DNA of 64,000 nucleotides from IMG/VR virus record IMGVR_UViG_3300047548_001261, positions 17,896 to 81,895 of that record, one strand, 5' to 3'. The notes beneath the pieces were generated by a model. It had not been told where the DNA came from. It did not search any database and saw nothing but the letters and a program-made list of their open reading frames with translations. The translations under genes and the position numbers were made by a program. This document shows, piece by piece, positions 1-8,800 of the stretch (position 1 is the first letter of the stretch; every line of letters starts with the position of its first letter). Source of the DNA: a virus.

Positions 1-1
1 A

Positions 2-184
2 ACTGGTGAAGTGAACCGCTGGCCCGATGAGGGTGGCGAAACAATTAACTCTCAGACATGGAATCCTGAGACTGAATCATTCGATTCTCAAAGCATATTT
101 GTCGCTGATGGGGATATTATTGTGTGCGAGTCGTGGTTGAATATTGAAACGGGAGAGACTTTCTCTACTGTCCGCTTGCCGTAG
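2..184 (+). CDS. 3' end of a hypothetical protein (partial, runs off window start)
   Basis: Open frame TGEVNRWPDEGG...TFSTVRLP ending TAG at 182-184. Confidence 0.5.
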   Translation, partial: TGEVNRWPDEGGETINSQTWNPETESFDSQSIFVADGDIIVCESWLNIETGETFSTVRLP

Positions 185-267
185 GCTTTTTTTGTCGCAA
201 CTTAAGTTGTTTTTATCGCAATTTAAGTGTGCGCGTACAAACTAACCAATTATTTAGTGGTGATTTT

Positions 268-430
268 ATGGTAGTGAAGTCGCCACTCAGGTGGATGGGC
301 GGGAAATCAAAGCTTGCTGATTCTATCATTTCTAAGATGCCCCCTCACCGTTGTTATGTTGAGCCGTTTTGCGGCGGCGGTGCTGTTTTTTTAAAAAAAA
401 TCGTTCTAAATCAGAGGTCGTAATATATAA
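268..430 (+). pseudogene. Truncated, frameshifted Dam/D12-class DNA adenine methyltransferase remnant
   Basis: MVVKSPLRWMGGKSKLA...YVEPFCGGGAVF matches motifs X and I; frame shifts at T7A8 (386-400) into FKKNRSKSEVVIYN; similarity then ends at a tandem repeat; no DPPY catalytic motif. Confidence 0.8.
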
Positions 431-476
431 CCCTGATGAGTATAACCCTGATGAGTATAACCCTGATGAGTATAAC
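426..476 (+). repeat. 15-bp tandem repeat TATAACCCTGATGAG x3.4 (YNPDE)
   Basis: Three exact copies at 426, 441, 456 plus a partial copy. Confidence 0.95.
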
Positions 477-957
477 ATCCTTGTCAATGGCCCGTTACTT
501 GTAAAGAACGTCAACGTGGCGGCCTTGACTATAACTAACGGGGTGTGGAGAAGATTAGACGGTATTTCTTTGGTTGCACCAACGTCCAACACCATTCATT
601 GGCTACCTGACGGTAGGGTTTATACTGCATCGGATATTAAAGGTGACATTACTAAAATAAAAAGTAATACGGACATAATCCCAACCCTTTTATAAAATGC
701 GCCTCATGTGCATTCCGACAACCCTCTTGTGCACTCTGTTTGGGTGGATTAAGTCTGTCTGAGACGCCAAATCTTCTATAATTTCAATTTTTTTTTTTTT
801 TTTGCAGTTTGCTTGCGGTTTATTTTCAGTTGAAGCGCACGGCAACATGTAATACCGTCAAACCCTAATAGCGCGGGCCAAGAAATTGCGCGCGGGGTTG
901 GCACTAACGTATTGAGGCATTAAACCAAAAATAACCCATTTTTAACCCATCAAAATA

Positions 958-989
958 ATCGTAAGCCAGAAAAGTTCCTGGCTTACGAT
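958..989. terminator. Inverted repeat, probable terminator downstream of the 996-1571 gene
   Basis: ATCGTAAGCCAG-aaaagttc-CTGGCTTACGAT, 12-bp perfect stem just past the stop codon. Confidence 0.6.
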
Positions 990-995
990 CAGCAC

Positions 996-1571
996 TCAAA
1001 AGCCTAGGCGTCTAAGGGCAGCAACTCCTTCCGGTGTCCGAAGGTCGTGCGCGTTGGCACTATCGAAAGCTTTGCCCCTACCTTTGTCTTCAGAATAAGA
1101 ATTACCGAACCCGTACATCGTAGACTCCAGCAGCATCAACCCCTCTTGCATCAGGCCAGAAGTGTAGTCGCGAACCAGCTTCATTGTGTCAGACCGGTCC
1201 AGGTCGCAGTATAACTTTTTGGCTGCGTCGAAATCATACCCGACCATACGGAGGATCACACTGTCCAGGGACATTTTTTGCAGGAATTCCACATAGCTTG
1301 ACCCCCACCCTTTTTTGGCGCCTTTCCTCGCACTGTCCGGCCCCGACGTTATCTCTTCCTGAATTTCCTGTAGTCGCCCCACGAAGTAATGAATATCCTC
1401 TGTAGTCGGGTTGGTTACCCCACAAATTTCGGTGACGATGCTAACGAATAGGTCGAACAGCTCGTCGTCGGTCACAGCACCCCCGACATGGATAGCATAG
1501 GTTTCTACGGCTAACAAAGAGATAGGAAAGCGTCTACCTGACCCCATTAAGTAAAAAATTGAGTGAGACAT
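996..1571 (-). CDS. Hypothetical protein (possible tail assembly chaperone, inferred from position only)
   Basis: 191-aa ORF divergent from the tail tube gene, followed by a hairpin. Confidence 0.6.
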   Translation of the reverse strand: MSHSIFYLMGSGRRFPISLLAVETYAIHVGGAVTDDELFDLFVSIVTEICGVTNPTTEDIHYFVGRLQEIQEEITSGPDSARKGAKKGWGSSYVEFLQKMSLDSVILRMVGYDFDAAKKLYCDLDRSDTMKLVRDYTSGLMQEGLMLLESTMYGFGNSYSEDKGRGKAFDSANAHDLRTPEGVAALRRLGF

Positions 1572-1590
1572 TAGGGCCTCTCGGAATCTA

Positions 1591-1619
1591 TTGTAATTTA
1601 TATGAATTGTTATTATACT
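1591..1619 (+). promoter_or_regulatory. Putative sigma70 promoter of the tail operon
   Basis: TTGTAA-17 bp-TATACT upstream of the tail tube gene. Confidence 0.4.
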
Positions 1620-1666
1620 CTCTCAAGATATATCAACTCATCAATCTTTGCAAAGAGGAAAGTACC

Positions 1667-2467
1667 ATGGCCCAATTAGGTGCACCAGTCACTTCAGCAT
1701 TCCAGATCGGAACAGCAGAACTTCGCATTGGGCCAATGTCCAGTGCTGGAAAATTATCTCAAGCCCACTCCATTGGTTTGGTGGACAGCGTAGGGGTTAC
1801 GATCTCGCAAGAGACCAAAGAACTCGAAGGGGGGTTTCCAAAGAACCTCATAGCCTCCGCAGTTACCAAACAGTTGGGGTCTATCAGCGCAACTTTCAGG
1901 GAATATTCCAGAAGAAACTTATCTGTGCTGCTCGGCGCGGGCATCGTTGCCGCAGCCACACCCGTCGCCACCACAATCGCCGCCGACTTGGCTTTGAACG
2001 CTGCCGGTGCGACGCTGGCATCCGGGGTAGGCTTCACTGCCGGCGATATTTGCGTCATTTACCAGACAGGTAAACCCGAGACTGTCTCTATTGTTAAGCT
2101 GCTAACAGTCAGCAGCAACGCAGTTACCTGGACAGCAAACAGTTTGGCTAACGCTTTTACTGCCGCGCAGGGTGCCATTAATTTTTACAAAGCCAATGAA
2201 GTGCCACTGGGCGCTGTAACATCGGTGAACTATTTCTCAGCGACTGCGGTCTGGACTTCGGCTTCAGGTAAACCAGATTTCTTCAACTTTTGGAAAGTTT
2301 CCGTCGGGGGAAACATGAATTTCAAAACTAGTGCAGACGACTTCGCGTCTTCTGACATGGAGTTGAAGGTCCTGTTACCGTCAGCCGCAGACATTGCCGG
2401 CGACTTGGCCCCTGTTGCGTCGATCATCGCTACCAACCCAATGGGGTTGTTGATCCAGTCATCATAA
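1667..2467 (+). CDS. Major tail (tube) protein
   Basis: GAGGA RBS then MAQLGAPVTSAFQIGTAELRIG; Ala/Gly/Thr-rich beta protein upstream of the tape measure gene. Confidence 0.7.
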   Translation: MAQLGAPVTSAFQIGTAELRIGPMSSAGKLSQAHSIGLVDSVGVTISQETKELEGGFPKNLIASAVTKQLGSISATFREYSRRNLSVLLGAGIVAAATPVATTIAADLALNAAGATLASGVGFTAGDICVIYQTGKPETVSIVKLLTVSSNAVTWTANSLANAFTAAQGAINFYKANEVPLGAVTSVNYFSATAVWTSASGKPDFFNFWKVSVGGNMNFKTSADDFASSDMELKVLLPSAADIAGDLAPVASIIATNPMGLLIQSS

Positions 2468-2483
2468 ACGTTCAAATAATGGT

Positions 2484-2512
2484 GTATAACGCCAAAATTA
2501 AACAGCCCGCCA
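2484..2512 (-). other. Possible half attC relic (L' and R' boxes)
   Basis: Minus strand reads GGGCT-GTTTAAT-tttggc-GTTATAC, resembling the right arms of the attC sites at 19-22 kb. Confidence 0.35.
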
Positions 2513-2541
2513 GAAACTGAACTTAAATTAGGTACAATGAG

Positions 2542-2694
2542 ATGAAAAAGCTACGAATTATCTGGTGGAACATCAAGTCAACCGCCGCATTAAAACTATA
2601 CGACTTTCTGTCATTTATCGGCTTGTGTGAGGGCGACTTTGGCAAGTATGCGGTTGGTGTGTTGGCGAAGCTTGAGGTCGAAGACCCCAGATGA
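2542..2694 (+). CDS. Small hypothetical protein (50 aa)
   Basis: MKKLRIIWWNIKSTAALKLYDFLSFIGLCEGDFGKYAVGVLAKLEVEDPR, followed by a terminator. Confidence 0.4.
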   Translation: MKKLRIIWWNIKSTAALKLYDFLSFIGLCEGDFGKYAVGVLAKLEVEDPR

Positions 2695-2750
2695 TAGCCA
2701 CATGATCCAAGCGACGTAAAAAATTTAAAACTCCTCCTGTTGGACCTCTT

Positions 2751-2783
2751 GGCCCGGTTGTTCCCCTCAACCGGGCCTTTTTT
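2751..2783 (+). terminator. Rho-independent terminator
   Basis: GGCCCGGTTG-ttcccct-CAACCGGGCC followed by a T run. Confidence 0.8.
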
Positions 2784-2856
2784 ATGCCTGTTGAAAAATA
2801 CGCTGAAAGGTTTAAACTGCATCAGACACCCCTCCCCAAATTAATTGAGCAAATCA

Positions 2857-5800
2857 ATGGCCAACGAAGCACAAATAGATTTAGCCGTCGACGTAAATGT
2901 CCAGATAAAAGAACTGAAACTGGACACAGAGAAGCTAACCAGCAAAATCAAAGCCGCAGTCGGTAGTTTAAAAGATATCCCGATAAGCCCTAAGCTGGCT
3001 ACAGATTTCAAAGAGTTGGATAAAGACGCCGCGAACCTTAGTAAAAAAGTCCAGGATGCGTTTGCGAAAATATCTAAACAAACCCCAGTCGCCCTTAACC
3101 TTGCGGAAAAACTTCGGAAAGAATTTCTATCCGGCGCAAATGCGGTGGACAAAGACGGTAATATTATCGGTAAGCAGCTACGAAGATTCATGTTGCAACA
3201 GCTGGAGTCGGTGCACGCATACGCGAATCTAGATAAGAAAAAGACATTGTGGGGGCAATTTGTCGATATAGAGGGGCAAAACATAGCTACTGCTAAGAAG
3301 ATGCTGACGGACATGTCTACCAAGATGTCTGCGGAGGCGTCTAAGGTTACTGTCGCCCAGACACAAATGGCGCGGAGCCTGAATCAAGCTAGCGAATCAC
3401 TAAAGCTGGGTATCGGTGCCGCAACAAACGGCATTTCTTCACAAGTATCCAAAACCATTTCCGATGTTAACTCGTTGGCGGAGGCTTTCAAATTCCTTGG
3501 GTTAAAGAATAAAGACAGGCAACTCCTCCTCGACCCTACGCCAACAGCGGAAAACTATGGTCGGTTGGTAAAAGTCCTGGAAGCGGCCAGAGAAAGGTAC
3601 TTCATTCTTGCTGCACAAGTCCATAACAATAAGAAGGCAGAAGAAGAGTTGGGGGTGTCCTCCGAGCAGGTTGCTGTTCACTTGGCAAAGGTTCGGGACG
3701 AGATCGACCGACAGCTCCCCAAGTACCGTGCCTTGGCGGAGGAGCAGGCACGGAAGGTAAAGTTGGACAAGGAGTTAGCGAACCAACAAGCAAGGCTACA
3801 GAAAGCCTTGTCAACAGTTACCGACTCCGGCACCAAGCCTTTGCGAGACCAGATCGAAGCCTATAACGAACTTCTCAGGATTCAAAGGGCGATCCGGGCA
3901 AACTCCGGCACCGACCTGGGGGTTAAATCTACCAGGGACACTCTTGCCCAGCTGAAACTTCAACTCAAGGCTACCGAGCAGATCGCCACCGCACAATCCT
4001 TAGTGGATAGAAGTGCCGACCTTGGGACTAGGGAACAAGCCGCTGCCAGAAGTAAACTCAACAACTTGTTGATCCAGTACAAGGACTTGTTGGCTGGGGA
4101 CACTTCTGCGGAAGTCTCCGCGAGTAAGCAGGCTTTAGCAAGACTTGAAGAAAGATTGGCCAAGGAAAAGCAAATCGCGGCTGCGGAAGAACGTTTGGTT
4201 CAACTCACCGCCGCTAGAGCGAAAAGCAGCCTGTCAGACACCCAAACCCTCTTGCGGCTGAAGAAGGAAGAGTTCGACGTCACCCTTGCCTTGGAGAAAG
4301 CAAAAGGGCTTGGTAGGGACGGCTCCGCACAGGTTCTTAGAGAAGTCGAAGCGCTCAAGCAAAGACTGGCTACTGAGGAAAAAGAACTATCCACCCTGAC
4401 CAAGCTGAAAGAAGCCAACAAAGAGCTTTACTTTAGGAGGAGCGCTACCGCCCCTTCAGCCTTAAATACCCAAAGGCTTGGGTCGGGTGCTCCAGCGCAG
4501 GCAATGGGCGCACAGGAGTTTGCCAAGCTGAAATCATCTGTAGAAGCGTATTCTAAGGCAATTCAGCAAGCCCAGGACGGCGTGGCTCAGATGTCAGCGC
4601 GCGGACTTCATTACGCCCTCGCGCTGACGGCTGCGTGGGAAAAGGACCGGGAGACTTTACTCGGAGTTATTGCCGTTCAAGAGCAACTTCAAAAAGCACA
4701 GGCCGCCACTCAACGAGTAGGCACTGCAAAAGGCAACGATGCCGCTAAGCTTATCGCCATGCGGGAAGAGGTTACTGCCCACCAAAGAATCGTTGATATT
4801 TTAGGTGTACAAGGTAGGGCACAGTCTGCCGTTGACCAAGCGACACTTGCCCACTCTCGTGCTAGGGTGTCTGCCTTACAAGGCGACATCGCAATGATTC
4901 GGCAACAAGTCAATGAGACAAACAGGCTGGGGGAGTCATACACCTCCCTGTCGTCTGCTTTCAGGTCGTTCTTGCGGTATGCCGTGGAGATGGCAGCCTT
5001 CTATCAAGGGTTGTCTGCCTTCCAGGCTGCGGCTAAATCAGTTGTGGACCTTGAAGACGCCCTAAAAGGTGTCCAAGCCGTCGCCCGCGCAACTGACACG
5101 GAAATGGAGAAGGTTGCTGCATCGGTAAAACGTGTCGCCATTGATACCGAGTTCTCGACCAACGACATAGCCGGTGCGGCCCAAACCTTATCCCAGGCGG
5201 GTGTTGGTATCGGCGAGATCGGGGAAGCCTTAGATGCAACCAGCTTGGCTGCATCTGCTACTGCGACATCGCTAGCAGTCACAGCGGACGTCTTGACAAC
5301 GATGCACAACGTCTTTAAAGACATGAGCTTCACAGAGATCGCTGATCAGATGACGTCAACGATCAACTTGTCAAAACTGACGGGGGCAGAGCTAAGCACG
5401 ATCCTGAGCAGGGCTGTGGAGGTCTCAGATTCATTCCACATCATTCCGGCACAGATGAACGCAGCCTTTGCTGTGCTGAGAAACGCAGGTATCAAGGCAA
5501 GTACGATCTCCACAGGGTATAGGGAATCCTTGCTGGAACTGTTCGCGCCTGACGCCAAGACACTTAGCTTCCTTGAGAAGAGGTATGCAGAGCTTGGGCA
5601 AACCTTATCGCAAGGAGCAATCGCGGAGTTGTTCCAAGGGTTTGCAAACTCCGCTGACCCTATTAGCGCAGTTACAGCAGAGTTGGATAAGCTTGGGTTC
5701 GCCACATCCGCCTCATCAGACTTTGCTCGTGTCTACAGTGTTCGGGCAAAGAACGTCCTGGACGTTTTAGTTAAGCAACGTGGTGAGTACGTAAATTTAA

Positions 5801-8800
5801 CTACTCAAGTCGGGGCGCACGGCGCGGCAGCCAAAGGCTCTGCCACACAAATGGAAGCGTTAGGGAAGACCTGGGACAACCTTGGGTCTGTCATAACCGC
5901 AGTCGCTGCTAATGCTTTTGGCCCCGCTTTAGACCACCTACAAAAGTTAACGAAAGGGTTGTCGGATTTCATTGAACGTGGCGGTGAAGCTGCGGACACA
6001 ATGAAGAAGGTCTCAGGGTCGTCAGGCACAGCTGTTGCCGGTTTGTCTGGACTTGCCTCACTAATGGCTACCATTCGAGGGGGAGGGGGTGCTCTTCGTG
6101 GGACCACAGTCGGGCTAGGTGTCGCAGCCCTTGCACAAGGTGTGCAGGTGTTCGCTTCCGAATATATGGAAAAAATTCACACAGGCCTAGGAGAAGTGAC
6201 AGCGAAAGCTGCTGAAGCTGCTGGACTTTTCTTTGCAGTACGGTCGGTCATACTGCGAAGAGACTTGTTGACGAGCTTAACAGGTATCTACACACAGTTA
6301 AGCACAAGAATTCTTGCCGCAGGAGCTGTGGCGCAGTCGGCAAGAATTCTAGCCGGCGTGGACCCTGCTGCATCCGCAAGAGCAGGGGTAGCGAAAGGAT
6401 CCGCAGCTGCGGCTTCCGCACAGGTGTTTATACAGTCCACATTCCTGGGGAGATTGGTAACTTTTTTCGACAAGGTAAAGGTAGCAATATTAAGCAACGG
6501 AGTGGTTCGGGCTTTAACCTTTACACCTTATGGCCGAATCATATCCGCTTCTGTCGCGGCTGTAGGCGCTTCCCTACTGTTCTTTAGAAAGGACGTTAAC
6601 GAGCAGCTTAACGCGATCAATAATCAAATCGCAACCGCCGAAAACGCCCTCAAAAAGGCGACGACCATCCAGACAGACTTGGCTGCGGAAAAGGCTCAGA
6701 ACCAAGACTTAAAGGCGGGTCTGGATGCTGTCCAAAAATCTGCTAAGGAGTATTTTGACCGCACCATTGATAACGCCAAAGGCAGGGCTCTAAATATCTC
6801 CGGCATGCTGTCCAAGCTGCAAGGCGTGTCTACCGACCTCCAAGGCAGCCAGTTAGCCGGAGCCATTGACGAACTCCAAACAGAGTTTGGCGTACTATTC
6901 AACAGCACCTACAACATTGACCAGTTAATCGGAGAGATGAATGGTGCCAACGCAATCATGGCGAAAGCCGAAGGCGGTCGGCAAGCTTATTACCAAAAAC
7001 TGATCGAGGCTTTCGAGGCGTATAACCCAGCCGACAAAACCAAAATCAACGAGAATGCACTTGTCGACGCTTTCCAAAAGTTAAGCGAGGCTCAGAAGGC
7101 GGTAATCCTGAACGAGGTTAACACCCTTGACGAGGCTATCTTATTTCAACAAGCGTCAGAAACATTTGGGGAGCGGTTAAAGAAGGAAGTATTCGATAAG
7201 ATTGAAGATGCCAAGGCTGACCTTGCCGCGAGAGAGGGCGAGGCTGTTAAGGTTATTTTGGACAAAGCTATTCAGGATAAATCTTTTGCCGGCGTCTATG
7301 CCAAACTTCTCCAGGCGGTAAAGGAAGGAAACCGAGACTTGATTGACGTTTATATCGAGCAATTGCAACGGGTTAATGAGGAAAGTAAGAATAAGCTTGG
7401 GGACAATGCGGAAGGGTGGTTGGCCGAGGTTTCAAGTTTCGGTTCACTGATAAAAGAAGACTTGGGTCTTGGGCTGTCTGCAATTGCGGAAGGATTTAAA
7501 AACGCCTTCAACAACCCTTTGGACGAGTTTTTTGCGGAATTAAAAAAACTCACAACAAACGAGTTAGGGAATATTATTCAGAGACAAGCGGACAAGATTT
7601 TGAACGACCCTGTTGCGTTTTTTGCTGACCCCGCCAAGGCTATTGCCAAAAGCACCCTCTACAAAAAACCTGACACCAAAGGAGAAGTCCCTCAAGAAGC
7701 TTTCGACGCTGCAAATCTGTACAAAGAACAGGCACTTGCCAATGCCATAAGTAAAGCGAAATCCACGACTACTTCCCAGGCCGCAATTGCAGGGGATCAA
7801 GCCGGCAGGTTAGCGCGATCTCTAACCCCGGAAAGAAGAAAAGAGCTGGAGATTCTTGACGAAACCATTGCTGTACAAGCCAAATCAATCGAGGAACAGC
7901 TTAAGAACGTCGATAAGGAGTGGACGACATTCTATGAGGAAACTTTCAAGACCAATAAGTCTGCAAAGGATATCCAAGACATACTGAAAAGAACCGTTGC
8001 AGCTAAAAAAGATACCCCAGAACTATTCATCAAGGAACTGGCGTCTATCGAGGAGCGAGTCAAGATTGAGGCTGCAGCGCAAGTTGCGGCAAAGGAGTCC
8101 GCGCAACTGGCCGATGACCACTTACAAGCGTCCAGAGCGCTGGTAGATTCCACGCAAAGGATGTACGAAGAAAAGAAAACCGCTGACCCTGCCAGAGCCG
8201 CAATCCTGCAGGAGAGGATAGACGCCCAGCTTGCTAAACAAGGTTTGGAGCAGGAAGAAGTAGCGAAGGCTATCGAGACCAACAAGGTTGACCTAACAAA
8301 GTTAAACATCCATGTAGCCAGCACTGCGGTCTCAGCGGAGGAGATGGAGAAAGAGTACAAAGAGCTTAAACAAAAGAGTTCGGCGACAACCTCCGCTATG
8401 GACAAACTGACCAGAGCTCGGGAAGCAGCCTTTGCGTCGGGCAATGCCCAGTATATTTTGGATAACGACGTTGACCAAAATATTTACAACTTAAAAGTTA
8501 AGTCTTTGGAGCCTTTACGGGCAGCTTCCAAGACTGCTCTGTTTCGTATGGAGCGTATCCCTGAATCCCTTCGTGCGGTTGAAGAGTCTTATGAAGGTAT
8601 CTCCCAATTTTTTGAAACAGGAGAAGGGGCAAAGTTTCTACAAGACCATGCTGACGCCGGCAAACGCCTAGAGGTTTTAAACGAGGTTAACAAAACTTTA
8701 GCCGACGCTGGGTTGGATTTGGCGGAGAAACAATCAACCCTGGCGAACGTTCTCGCTGAACAATCGCTTAAAAATTCTACGGAAAAGGCTTTAGCGAACA

